Origin: the human T2T-CHM13v2.0 reference genome, Homo sapiens
Assembly (NCBI RefSeq): GCF_009914755.1
Contig: NC_060936.1
Strand: one strand, 5' to 3'
DNA length: 64,000 bases
Shown: in pieces, positions 1-13,317 of the stretch
How the letters are laid out: every line of letters begins with the position of its first letter
How positions within the stretch are numbered: the first letter of the stretch is position 1
Notes under the pieces: model-generated
The model's database searches: none
The model's input: only the letters and a program-made list of their open reading frames with translations
What the model was told of the DNA's origin: nothing
Made by a program: the position numbers and the translations under genes

Positions 1-454
1 ATCTGTTTTTCTAGAATACATTTACTAATAGGAAATCAGTGTCTACCAATCTATACTAAATAAGTGTTGAACAAATATTTAAGTTATTAGTTTGAAGATG
101 TGCTAGCATTGTAGCCTGCATGCCTGAGTCCTGCTCTTGATAGGGAGAAAAGAAAGAAAGAAAGAAGTGAATGAAATGAATAGTAGCCCACAAAGGAAGT
201 TCAAGGAAAGGACTGTTTTTATGTTTTTTGAAGATGGGAGACCTCACATCAGCAAACAGCATTACAGCTATTGTCACATCCCAGATGTTTATTGTGTGGA
301 ATTAATGGCAGCAATGAGTGGAAGTGTTTTAGGCTTACTTTAACGTCACAACCCCCAGACTATGGATAAGCTGAGAGGCTTCACAGATCATCCTTTGAGA
401 ACCACCAGTCTGATGGCATCAACATTGACCTTGATGTCAAGGGACTCGCATTCT

Positions 455-610
455 TGTTATGGTTCTGTCTGTGGCTAACCATATGTCCTGGGGAAAGTCA
501 TTTAGCGTCTGCTTTGGTTTCCTGTCTGAATACCTGACCCTTCCTGCTTTATGGGGATGTTGCAAAATGAGTAGAGAGAGGGTATGAGAGAATGCTTTGT
601 ATTCTTATAA
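455..610 (+). repeat. MIR/MIR3 SINE fragment
   Basis: Degenerate MIR core (tgtcctggggaaagtcattta...gtttcctgtctg...atggggatgttg...aatgctttg). Confidence 0.5.
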
Positions 611-1544
611 TAAAGGTGCTCTGTGTTTCTAAAGGATTATTATTAATTCATCCAGAATAAAGAGTATAAACTAAGCTGAACAATAAATAGACCTGATGAA
701 AGTGCTCACAGTTTCCTGCTTTGCATAACACACATCTCTGCCTTGGCTGCTGTTAGCACCAAATGATTCCAGCTACTTGTTCCAAATGTTTAATCAGTGA
801 TTTTCTGTGATGGCACATTTGGTAATGTTTAAAAGAATGTGCATAAAGATGAAACAAATGTTATCTGGGACAAGTTGATCCAAGGATAGGAGTTTTATAA
901 TTAAGAACAGTATTTTACGCACCACCACCACCACAAGCACACAAACAACTGATTAAACGATGGAACAGTAACCAAGTGCAACCTGATGTTGGATTAAGAT
1001 TAGCTCCATAAACAGCCAGCAGCAACATGTTAGCCTACAAAGGACTGAAGAATCTTGTGGCAAATCTTCAATTTGTGGCTAATGACTTAATCGATCTCAT
1101 GCAATTTCAAAGTCAGAAAAATTTGAGGAAACAAATATATGAGAGGTTGAAGACCCAAAAATACAAGCCTTGCAACTTAAACCCTCAGCAGTTAAATTTA
1201 TATTTAACAGTGATTAAGTATTGGGATCATATAAGGGGCCATAATTTCATCAGGAGGCATGAAAATGGCTATGTTCACTTTTTTAACTGAACTAAGCAGA
1301 TTTAATGTTTTCCTAAGAAAGGATGCGAAATTCAACTGTTAGCAAGTCACAGATGATTCTAGTTGGCTTATGGTGGACTAAATAGAAACTTATTTTTAAG
1401 GGAGTGAATAAAAACATTTTTATTGGATACTTTCTATACTATCCCTGAATCTAAAAGTTTGTGATTTATAGGTTAACTATCCAAATTATATAAATATGAA
1501 AATTTTCTCCCTAAACTAGTTCATTAAAGAGTTAAAATGAAATT

Positions 1545-1930
1545 AACAATCTGACTCCTGCCTTCAGTTTAGCTTCATCTCCAGATGCTCCTAAGAAGCC
1601 CAGCCATCAAGCCAACTGTGACAAGGTTTCTGAAGCTGCCGTGATTTTATAGGGGGTTGCCTCTGCCTGGAATGCCCTTTTCTTCCCCTGTCTGGCTAAC
1701 TCCTGCTCAGGCTTAGAGAATCAAATCATCATTGCTTCATCTGTGAAGACCTCCACAAGCCCACTCTCACCATCTCTGCTGCATCACAAATGAGGTCTGT
1801 CCTCTTCCTTTATGTTCCCAGAGCTTTATACATTTGTCTTTATTTTACCCTGTATTGACTTTTCTAAACTTGCCTAGCCTCCCAACCCTATAAAGCTAGA
1901 GATCAATAAGCTATATTTTCAGTTTTTGAT
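1545..1930 (+). repeat. L2 LINE 3' fragment
   Basis: Typical L2 motifs (ctctgcctggaatgcccttttcttcccctgtctggctaactcctgctca...catctgtgaagacc). Confidence 0.7.
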
Positions 1931-2244
1931 CAACCTTCTTCTCTGTCTCTATCACACACAGTTTCCTTCTGCAATTTTCATCTCACTTTCTTCTAGATCT
2001 ACCCAGTATTGCAGACTTTGGGCTTGTTTCTTCACCTTAGTGTTCAATTTAGCCTTTGAATCACTTGATGCATTTAACTCAATTTCACTCTGAAGTGGAT
2101 CTTTCTGCTTCAGTCCACCTTCATTGTGATTTCCTAGTCTAGCCTGAACTCTGACCTCTAGCACCTAAATCTACCTTGGATCTACTCGAATCCCAGTAGG
2201 ATAGGGATGGAGGTAGAAAAGGCAGCTAAGGCATAGCTATAATA

Positions 2245-2385
2245 GCTAGTTACTTGTCTGTCTTCTCCAGTTGACTACAAGTTCTTTGAGGGCAGGACTT
2301 TTGTTATTTTAATCTTGGCATCTAGAGGATCTGGCACAGTTCCTAGTACATCGTAAATGCTTGATAAATATTTATAGAATATATA
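2245..2385 (+). repeat. L2 3' terminus
   Basis: gactacaagttctttgagggcaggac...ctggcacagttcctagtacatcgtaaatgcttgataaatattt matches the L2 tail. Confidence 0.75.
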
Positions 2386-2924
2386 CAATTTATGTATTTT
2401 TAAAATTACTAAAAGGGAAATAAAATTTATTTATTTGCCACTTATTAATTTTAAAATAAATACATAAGAATTATTTGTTTTATTAAATAAATAAATAAGC
2501 TTCATTTATTTGCCATTTATTAAATGACAAACTTGGAGCATGGTATTACTTTGATATTTTAATCACTCCATTAGGAAATGTATTCTTCAACCAGGACAAA
2601 GTACGTTTATTTACAAGGAAGCCAGATGAAAGTATATAGATATATTGGTCCAAATGAAGCCCTCCTCTTTCTTCTCTCTGTTCTTTGCCAATGCAGGGGC
2701 ATTTGATAGCTCTGAGAAACCTACTTTGAAAGCCTACTAGTTATCTAGCAGACTGATTTTCCTGTTTTTTAGTTCTTTATTTGTAACCTGTCACCATCTA
2801 GAATGGGGAACTCCAACATGAAGGCTGGCCTCTGGTTTACTTGCTGAGGAGACTAGAATCTGGCCCACAAATTCAGATCCTTCGCTGGCTTACTATTCCC
2901 TGTGAACTAAGTTCCTAGATAGCA

Positions 2925-3022
2925 GTGTCCACCATGCTGATCACTTATATCCCCAGCATTAAGCACAATGTCTATAACACAGTAGATGCTCAATATATGT
3001 ATTTGTTGAAAGAGTGAATGAT
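2925..3022 (+). repeat. L2 3' terminus
   Basis: tatatccccagcattaagcacaatgtcta...tagatgctcaatatatgtatttgttgaa matches the L2 tail. Confidence 0.7.
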
Positions 3023-5924
3023 AACCTCCAGGGCTCTTGTTTGCCAAACATCTCCTGCTCTGGGTCCTTTGTCATCGGCCATACCCAGCCACTGGGAGAC
3101 CACTATTCCACTAGGCAAACATTGCATCCTGCACATGCACGCAGACCATCTCTGAACTTTGTATGCTGTATCTGGTGCATCTGGCTGTGCTTTCTGAGCC
3201 GATTTCTATAGTCAGTGCTCTCAGTACTGGTTCCCTCTAATGTTCTGGGTTCAAATCACAGGCTACCTATCTCTTTGTTCCCCAAGCCCAAAGTGGTTCA
3301 TTAACATCTCTTGTCTGTGATACTCTTTTTGATACTGAACATCTCTTAGCACCCAACTGGCCCACCAATGCTGGCTGAATGGAATTAAATTTAAATTTGC
3401 ATGGCTGCGTGCTCCTCTCCCTGTGTTCTCAGGGACGGTGCTCAGAGGCCCTCTGATGAGATGGGAGAAGAACCTGTCATGGGCTAGGTTCAGGCCTCTG
3501 CATGCTGCTTGTGCAATCTTACAGATTCTTCATAAGCTTTGGGATAGGCCAGTTCAACAGGAACCCATGTCCTTAATAGGAAGTTATGAATTTTAACTAA
3601 GGTTAAGATTAAATTAATAATACATTAAACCAGATCTGCTTCCTAATTATCATTCTAGGTTGAAGCAAGTTTTTAGAAGTGAGGCAAAGTCAATGATTTC
3701 ATTCAGATTTTGGATAGCCAGAATTCCAGGAGACCCAGACTCTTCCCTCCCACCTCCCTTCCAAGTCACTCCCTGCTGAAATAAGCCATGGCGGGAAAAG
3801 TTGTATTGTCTGTTTTGATATAATTTTTAGATCTCTTCTTCCTAAGTTCATTAAAGCTTTTTTTCCCCCTCCTGTAACAGTACGTTGTTAGCCTTGGGGT
3901 TCTGGCCAAGTTCCAATTTGAGCAATTAATTTTATTTCAGTGCTCAGCCCTCCCTGAAGTTTCAGACAGGAAAGGTGCGTTCTTTGTCTTCCTCAGCAAG
4001 TCACTCCTGATGGTGAAGCAGCTGTTGCTGCCTTCCCAGAGGAGAGAAGGTTGAGAATTGGTGAGAAAGCTTCCTGGCTCTTTGAGGGAGCTGCTTGCAG
4101 AGTGATCTGGGACAAAAGGCATCCTTGGGAATGTGAGGCTTTTTTTCTTTTTTTTTTTTTTTTTAACTACAGCAGTCTCCAAGCCATCCATCACTCCTCT
4201 TTTGAACCACTGGCTTAGCACAGAACAAAATGGGAAGTGATTGTGTTTTCTTGAAGAGCTGTTTCTGAATGTGATGGCTTCCTTTGAAGCCCAGTCAAAG
4301 GGATGTTTTTATTTTGTTTTTGTTTTCCTGAAATCCCATCAGTTTCCCTCACCTCCTACAAGACCTCACACCACAGCCTACCATCATGCCTGATACCTAA
4401 GTAGCTGCCTTCACAGCTAACAAAAGACAAAGAACACACAGATGCAGATTATTCTAAAGGAGTAAGTTAAAGAAATGAAAGGGGCTTCCTTTTTAAGTTC
4501 AAATAGCAAAAGCAACTAATATACTTTGGAAAGCACACGCGATAACACAACACCCAAATTCACTTGGAGAGGTTCCCTGTGACATGCTCTAACAAGTCAG
4601 AAATTCAGTAAGTGTAGTTATATCCTGCAAGTGATTTTGAAAAGGTGTAGAGAATAACCCTTTCTAGATGCATACTCTATGTTTTACTTGGCCCAGACAA
4701 CAGTGTTTGATGGAATGATAATTGGATGTTGATGAAAAACATCAATCATCATTGCATTGTGACTTGAGTTATATTTGTTTAATGTTAAACTTTCAGTTGT
4801 GAAATAAACCATTCCGGCTGGGGAACAGATGATTTTGTTTCTAAAACTTCATTCTTTCACTTATTAGGCAAGAGTGAGTCATTCCTTATAACAACTGGGC
4901 TTATTGAAAATTCCAGAATTACTCACACAGGTTTGAAGCATTTTTCATGTAAAGAAAACATCCTTTTTTTTTTTGGTTGCTGACTGTAACTATCCTTTCT
5001 AAAGCTCATGGTTCTGGTACAGCCCTATTGCTAATACTCTTATTGTCCAGGCATGCTTTATGTATATTTGTATTCTTCCAAAACAGGTCATCTATACTGT
5101 TCTGGGATCAACTACCTTTGTATTCATTTCTTAGTGGCCAATGTCAGCCTCACAAACATACATCTCTACATGCAAACAACTGGTTGCACTCAGCTCCCTC
5201 CCAGGTTTAGCCACAATGTAGGAGAAACACTATCTCCTCACCATTTCATTCTTTCCCTTCCTGAGTCATTCCCTGTGGGGAAGCACCAACAAATCCTCAC
5301 TCTTGTTTTCACCAATTACAAGTCAGTTAACGTTTTATCCCATAGATCACTCTCACATATAAACACTCTGCCTTTGTCAGTTGGTTCTGGATTCCCTACC
5401 ATGTCCTTACTCCTTTTCCACCATCCAGGGAAATCATTATCTCCATCATTCTATTCACTGCATCATCAGGGATCTTATCTCAGCCTGAAAGTATAAATCT
5501 GTTCTTAAATATCTCCCTCACCAGACTGTAAGCAACAAGAGTGAAGTGTTCCCATCTTCATTTGCTCACTGCATAATTTTTTTTCCCTTTTTCCAGTGCC
5601 CAGCCTGGAAAATGATAATATTTATTAGATAAAAAAACCACTAGAAAAGCTTCAGGGACTTTTAACTTTCATTATGAAATATACCTTTCTTTCAAGCACC
5701 AATAATCAAGATGTTTAAGTTGCATGTAGGAACACAACTTTAATTCCTCATTTATTTAATTTTTTATTTCCTATGTTGCATTAATTAGACATGTGGCAAC
5801 AATATGATTTCTTTTATTTTTTTTTCATTGAGATAGACATATTTCTGTTACATAGTGTGGCTGTCTTGGTTTTTGTGAACTACTTGGAATGTAACTACAG
5901 TCTCTAACATCATTTTAGTGTTGA

Positions 5925-6140
5925 AAGGAGACTTATTGAGTCGGGCATCATGCTAAGTACTTTTGCACATTTTAATCTATTTCATCCTCACAATAGCTAT
6001 GTAAGGTTAATATTTTTTATGATCATTTTACAGAAAAAGAAATTGAGGATTGGAGCGGTCAAGTGGCTTGCCAAGGTCACACAGCTAGTTAATAAAGTTG
6101 TCAGGAAGATCTGCATGACTTTAAAGCCCATGCTTTCCCT
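5925..6140 (-). repeat. MIR SINE
   Basis: Reverse MIR core: ttcatcctcacaatagc...cattttacagaaaaagaaattgagg...aagtggcttgccaaggtcacacagctagt. Confidence 0.85.
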
Positions 6141-7234
6141 GTTATATGACCTGAATTTTAAATACATGTTTTGAGAACAAGCAAAAAAGACATCCTAATT
6201 AAGTTCATTTTGGATTAGTGGGATCAACCTTCTAATGAAGCAAACAATAAAAGCTGCACAGCTCGGTCAACAGTTGAACTAAAACTTTTGTTCACCAGAT
6301 TGACCATTAGTTTGCACTGACCAAATTAAATATAATGTAGTGTGGAAGTATTAATAGCTACAGCCATGTTTAACCAAAAATATGACAGTCTATTATAAGT
6401 TTGTCAATTGAAACCAAAAATGTAAACTTTATGATGTCGAAGGTCAAAGGCTGGGGCTAAGGGTGTCAGATGTCTGAGAGAGTCTCTAGAACCACAGAGA
6501 ACAGAGTCCCTGTTTAATATTAATATTATCCAGTAATGACCCTAAGTATTAGACAATGGGAAATGTGTCGAAAAATATGGAAGTCACATGAAGGCAATTT
6601 AGCTACTCCAACTAAATTGAATCATTTCTGCAGAGTGGTAATTCTGATGGAATACCAATCATACAATGGGTCTCATCCCACAATACGTTAAAAGTGCTGC
6701 CTGACAGTTTTCAAATAGAAAGTTAAGTACCATTCTGCTCCTGAATGCAGTCTAAATTTTAATACCTTAAAAAGCAAAAAGCAAAAATACAGGTGTGGTA
6801 AGCAAGAATACTTTTTGTGGGGGTGGGACTGCATGACACAAGATGTTTAATAATTAAGTTGATTGGATTTTGCAACTTCCCATAAGGTATTTTGGCACTG
6901 TGCACTCATCATTACACACAGAATGTATTTGTTTAGAGAAAACAGCTCACAGATTCATTTCTTTATTTAGGTATGTACCGAGAAACATTTTGAATGGTCA
7001 AACTAAGACTTTATTTACATAGTTATATAATTTTCTTTCATCTTGGGATTTCAAAGAGCTTTGTGATGTTGCGTTTCGAGTTGATTAAGCCTCACAGCTT
7101 CACTAAACACTGTATTATAATATTACAGATGAACAGAAGAGGCAGAATTTCAGTTTCTTGGGTGGATTTTCTTTATGTTTGAAATTAGCTAATGAAGAAT
7201 GCATGATGCTACATATAAAGATTTTCGTTTTTTT

Positions 7235-8065
7235 TTCTAAGATACAGTTTTTGCTTTGGGATAATTTTAGATTTAGAAAATGTTGCAAAAATAGTACATA
7301 GTTTTAATACATTTTACCCAGTTTCTCCTAATGTTAACACCTTATAGAATTGTGCATAATTCCTCATTTATTTAATTTTTTGGGTGCATTACTACTAAAT
7401 GGGTACATTACTACTAAATATGCTACTGACTTTATTTGGATTTCACCAGTTTTTCCATTAATGTCTTTTTTGTGTTCTGGGATCCAACCCAGGATTTCAC
7501 CTTGCATTTAGTCCTCACATCTTCTCAGTCACCTTGGGTCTGTGACAGTGTCTGAGACTTTCTTTATTTTCATGATCTTGGTAGTTTTGAAAAATACTGG
7601 TCAGATATTTAGAAGAATGCCCCCCAATTTGGGTTTGTCTCATGTTTTTCTCATGGTCAGATTGGGGTCATGGAGTTTTATGAAGTACTGTGACCTACCA
7701 CCACTGGCGACGTTAACCTTGATTGCTTGTTTCATGTAGTGTTTTTCAGGTCTTTTCACTGTAAAGTTTTTCTCCTTTCCCCACTGTATACTTTGTAAGA
7801 GGGTCACTAAGTCCTAAATGCAGCCCAGACTCAAGACAGGAGAGATGATTAAACCGGCATAGGGAGTATCTACATATCTTAATCGGAATCCTTTCATAAA
7901 AGACATTTGTCCCTTCCTTTTTTATTTTACTAATTTATATCAGGATAGACTCATTTATATTTATTTTATATTTTGGGTTATAATCTAATACCACATTTTT
8001 ATTTTATTGCTCAAATTGTTGTATATTTGACTATTGGAAGCTCTTTCAAAATGGCTTCTATGTAA
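7235..8065 (-). mobile_element. Old L1 3' end (L1MC4/L1MC5-like)
   Basis: ataattttagatttagaaaatgttgcaaaaatagtac...ctgggatccaacccaggat...ctgtgacagt...aatactggtcagatattt...ctcatggtcagattggggt resembles the L1MC 3'UTR in reverse. Confidence 0.8.
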
Positions 8066-8199
8066 AAGCTTGTTTTTGAAGTATTTATTCTTTTAAAAAG
8101 TCTACTCCAGTTTATTGTTATGCACGCATACATTCCACCAATATTCGGGGGAGGGGCAGGGTTTACAATGCCAAAAGTAATGTGCCAAGAAAATATCAA

Positions 8200-8360
8200 C
8201 CTATATTTACTGAACTTGTATTATTTGCCAGGTGTTTATAGACATTATCTCAATTAATCTTTAAAGCAGTCCTAGAAAGTATAATACATTCCTTTAAGAC
8301 ATGAGATAACTGAGGTTTGGACATTCTAACCAGGCTCCCAATTAGTAAGTAGCAGAGAAT
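8200..8360 (-). repeat. MIR SINE
   Basis: atttactgaac...tgccagg...cattatctcaattaatc...taactgaggt...attagtaagtagcagag. Confidence 0.65.
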
Positions 8361-11087
8361 TTTAAAGGTATTTTATCCTTTGTAGATAATAAACAGCATT
8401 TCTAATGGAAGGTGGTATATTTTAAGAGATTTAAGAATATGATAATTAAGAGGAAGTGTAGTGGGAAAGCATATCTTGGCATCAAACAAACCTAGGTCCT
8501 CTCAGTTGTTAGAAATTTCCAGTTTCCCTCATCCCCACCGTGATTCCTGGTATACTTTTCCAGCATCTGGTTATACTAACCACAAAAAATAGGTTACACA
8601 TATCTATTTGGTTTACGGTTGTATAAATTCATTTTTGTCTTATGCCCCTATTTTTGTTTTATACCTGTATTTAAAAATATATATTTTAGCTACTGCTTTT
8701 CAAATGTAGTTTACTACAGGGCATTGAAATTTGCCAGCATCTGCTTCTCTGTTCCTAAGAATGTCCTATGCCCGCATTAGCCATCGAATGGTCGTGCATA
8801 ACTCATGAGTTTCTTGAGAAGAGTTAGGATAATAATCAATTTGCCATCTCCATTTAGCACAGCCACCCTTACCACACAGTATACACACACATACACACAA
8901 ACACAGGCCTGCAAACACAATTGCAAATGAAGCTCTATTTTGGCAAAAGCAGACAGCAGAGTTATGGGGGGAAGGTCGAACCCTAGAAGTAAGAATTGAT
9001 GGGCAAAAAGTATTATGCATAAATAAAGGATGCTTAATTAATATTTTGTTTGTTCCGGAGTATGAGAAAAACATGGCTTATATTAAAGCAAAAGGGATTT
9101 CAGTTGGATGTAAATAAATAAAGAAGAATCACTTACAAAACTGGGAAATTGGAATATAAAGCCCTCACAGTAAGAAAATAAACTAGCCTTGATGAGGTGT
9201 CATCAAGAACATCGTTGTTTTTCAAAGAATGGCCAAATTTAAATAATTAACTAAGTAAATAAATAAGACCACCTATTATGTGCCAGACCATTTCTGGGAC
9301 TTCGGAGATAAGATGAAGAGTAGTGTTTGCGTTAAGGAGGCATGAAAGTATTTCCTGAAATCACAAGTGTCAATAGAAAATTGACACACACAAACAAAAT
9401 TTTACCCTGAATTTGAATATATGTCTCAATCAGCATGTAGTAATATTCAGTAATTGTGAAGAAGGTAAGTCACATGAGAAGAACACTTAAATATATTAAT
9501 TTCCAAACGCAACTGCTTATCAACATTATATTACTGACATCTGTCACTGATGCAAAGGACTATGCCAACGCTGGGTTTTCTGTGTGATGTGGGCACCAAA
9601 TGACAGAGAACTGACATCCAGCAACCAGCTCTCCACTTTCCAGCTGTAAGAGAAGTACATATCGTCACAGTGTGGCTGGCAGTGAATGTAATCATTGATA
9701 CAAAGCATGGCACTAGGAACTGGCTTATGCATTAAAAAATTATGTTAAGGCTCATAGCTCTTCTCTGACATGTTTGTGGGTTTGTATGGGGTTTGTCACT
9801 AATGTAGACATCTAGTTTCCTGAAAATGTGAAATTCGGCAGTGACTTTTGAAGACCCTTTTCATTCTCTGATTGTAAAATTTAAAATTCATTTAATTCTA
9901 TTCTTATTCTATTTTTAAACTGTGTAACACAATATGATTGTGAATTTAAAAAAATAGAAAAAGCATTTCTGGCCTATAGAGATTTGCAATAAATAGGAAG
10001 GATAGATATATGCAATAATAAAATGTGGTGATGTGGAAGAAACAATGATTTTAAGAGTAATTATACATTTGGCAGAGGTATGGAAGAGAAAGACCCTAGG
10101 AAATGCCCTTACAGAAAACAAAAATATTTGGAATTCCATTGTGTGTAGACAAAATTTCCATGCTACCAGACAGTCAGTTTAATGTCTCATATTTACATCC
10201 TAGGTAGAACCCATAAATAGTTCAAGTATTTACTGATTATTTCAGATAGAACATTTCTTCATAACAGAAAACTGACAGAATTATCTGATTTAGTTTAGTC
10301 CTTCTGTAATCTCCTGGATTCTTTCCAGAAGTAGAGTTAGATGGCATACTTGCAGACATGCTTATTCTTGCTACCTTGTTTCCTATTTACCTTTTCCAAA
10401 CTAAAAGCATATTCAGCTAAGTTATGTTACACCATGGAATTATTGGCAGTTAGGTCTCGGATGGTGTGTAGTTTGTTTTAACAACCAGTATTTGAGGCCA
10501 AACCATAATACCAGGCCAGCACAGACATGCTTCCTATTAGCCCATCTATTTTAAAGGGAAACACACTGTATGCTGAACTAACTGAATTTCCACTCACTGC
10601 AGTTTGCAGCAAAACCAGCCTGGAAATGGCCTCAAGGGGACCTCACTTCAGATTTTATTAAAGTCCATGAAGTACATATTATGCAGATACATAAAAATAG
10701 ATTAACAATCATAAAAGAATGACTCACGTTTATTACCTTGAAGAATAATTGCATAAGACAAAAAAAATGGAGCATTGCTAAATCTTAATAAAGTTGAAGA
10801 GGACTACTTCCTCTGTCAAACACAGCAAAACTAGATTTTTGGGAGAATGCCGCATTATATCTATTAGCTGAGCTATTATCATATAACTTTTTTTAATGAT
10901 TTTAAGGTAATGAGTCAAAATTAAATCCAGAAAAATGATCATACTTACAAAGCCTTTGTCCTTTGTGGCTAAAATCCAGGTGACATATGTCAATTGTCTT
11001 GCAAAAAATATCCAAGCATTTATGGACAATAAAGTTCGATCCAATAGAAAGAAACCAAAGTGCAAACACGTTCATGTCTGTGTATGG

Positions 11088-11486
11088 GTATTATGGGCTG
11101 AATTTTAAAAATGCATATGATTTTTTAAAATTCCCATGACCTCTGAATGTATTTAGACACAGGGTCTTTAAAAGATAATTAAGTTAAAATTAGGTAATTA
11201 GGGTGGGCCCTAAAGGATATGATTGACCTTAATCCAGTAAGAAGAGGAAATTTAGACACAGACACATGCTGAGGGAACAAGATATGAAGACAGAGAAAAG
11301 ACGGCCATCTACAAGCTCAGAAGAGAGGCCTGGAACAGATCCTTCCCTCACAGCCCTCGGAGGGAACCAATCCGCTGACATCTTGATCTCAGACTTCCAG
11401 CCTCCAGAATTGTGAGATGATAAGTTTCTGTAGTGTAAGCCAGCAGTCTGTGCTACTTTGTTATGGCAGCCCTAGTAAACTAAATA
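11088..11486 (+). mobile_element. MaLR solo LTR (MLT1B-like)
   Basis: ttatgggctgaatt...agggtctttaaaagataattaagttaaaat...gaagagaggcctggaacagatccttccctcacagccctc...tcttgatctcagacttccagcctccagaattgtgaga...ttgttatggcagccctagtaaactaa. Confidence 0.9.
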
Positions 11487-11554
11487 GGGACACCTGGAAA
11501 GTAGCTGTCTATGTACCAATCACTTGCCGCCTATCTTCTGAGAACAGGTTCAGG

Positions 11555-12997
11555 CCCTGACTACTGCTAAAGTTTGCATGGTCCGGGAAAAGAGAATAAA
11601 TGGAGGCCACTTAAGAGAAATAAAATACTAATTAAAATTTATCAAGTTATTCTTTTCGTTTTGCATAAGATAGATTGTTCCTTAATGAAGTAGTGCTTCT
11701 TAGTAATTTAAGTATTTAACAATTATAAATCAAGCTAACAAATTATTATACACATGTTTTATCCTTTTGTGTTGCAATAGTTTTGTAATAATAATAGTTC
11801 AAAAATATTTTCAGTAATTGTTTTAATGAGTGAAAATAAGCAAAATATCAGGGAAATGAATTTAATTATTATTGTGCTGATATGAGTGTTCCACTGATGA
11901 GTTGGCAAAATTTGGAGTAGTGAAACAAAAATATACACAATATATCATTATATATTAATTTCATCAACTTTACTTTGTCTTCATTTAGTCACAACCACTA
12001 ATTATATAACTATACTCAAGATTTTTTTCTGATTTTTGTTCTACTTAATTAATTTTAAAGTATACACTATTTGAATATACCTTCAACGTAGTATAAATTA
12101 AACAAAATGTAACTACTTTCAGTGTGTACGCAATTTGAATATATTACCATCAGAAGTATAAACTAACTGGAATGTAAAATATTAAAATTATTTTATAAAG
12201 TTTTTTCTAAAATATGCAATATCATCTGTTAAAATTAAAATATAGACTACAACTTACAATGAGTAAAAATAAAAACGGTAAATCTCAACTATTTAAAGCT
12301 AACACTTAAAAATTCAATTAACTAATTAAATATTTTTAAAATGAGACTATTACCAATTTTTGTAGTCAGTGTTTACCTAGTTGCCCAAATAAAGAGTATC
12401 ACACTTAATACGTATGTGATTTAGACATAGATAGATGTACATATATATTCAAGCTTAAGAGAAATATTAAAAGTTTGATATTGCAAATGTTCCCCAGCTG
12501 GCAAGTAAAACTGTGTGAATACCATGCTAATTCACACACATTTTGGATCACAAACCAAATCCACAAATTAGAATACCATGAAGAGTCTGGATGCAGTGGC
12601 TCACACCTGTAATTCCAGTACTTTGGGAGGCTGAGGAGGGTGGATCACTGGAAGTCAGGAGTTTGAGACCAGCCTGACCAACATGGTGAAACCTCGTCTC
12701 TACTAAAAATACAAAAATTAGCCGGGGGTGGTAGTGCACGCCTGTAATCCTAGCTACTCAGGAGGCTGAGGCAGGAGAATTGCTTGAACCCAGGGAGGCA
12801 GAGGCTGCAGTGAGCCCAGATTGTACCACCGCACTGTACCCCAGCCTGGGTGACAGAGTGAAACTCCATCTCAAAAAAAAAAAAAAAAAAAAAAGAATAC
12901 GCGAAGAATAGCAACTAAATGGAGCCTCAGCACTATTGGAGAGTGACATTTTATTACGTAACAATCTATTTGAAAGGAAATAATTGACAAATGCATT
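11555..12997 (+). mobile_element. hAT-Tip100 DNA transposon relic (Arthur1-like), left part, interrupted by an Alu
   Basis: The 5' end (ctactgctaaagtttg...aagagaataaatggaggccac) and the block tatttaacaattataaatcaagctaacaaatt resemble my recollection of the Arthur1 consensus. The interior is very AT-rich. Confidence 0.55.
12585..12893 (+). mobile_element. AluS (Sx/Sz-like)
   Basis: Full dimeric Alu with an A-tail and a degenerate TSD (agaataccatgaaga / agaatacgcgaaga). Confidence 0.97.
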
Positions 12998-13317
12998 TGT
13001 CTTCTCTTTTTTATTTTTTTGAGATTCAGAAATATTTTATTGGAAATGTGATGCAATTTCATTGTAACATCAGCTTTTATTTCTGTATACTGCATGAACT
13101 TTTCAAAACCATTCTCCAAAGTTAACCATTTAAAACTCATTCATGTATTTTATTATGCATCCTACAACAAAGACTAAGAAACAGGCAAGAATGACTATAA
13201 AACACGACTAATTACAGAAAAGTTAATCTATCTTTACATGAAAAAATTTTGAAACCAATTTTGTGTTTATTGAAGGATTTTTCTCATGCATATTATCCAA
13301 GATTTTTTTTCTGTCAG

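Noticed and set aside
2429-2523. 20-bp direct repeat atttatttgccayttattaa (also the 19-bp tandem at 7381-7418)
   Set aside because: AT-rich, ordinary slippage-type duplications.
5053-5496. 147-aa ORF (also the ORFs at 31164-31628, 29587-29991 and 58535-58921)
   Set aside because: No recognisable homology or coding-like composition, and several overlap old repeats.
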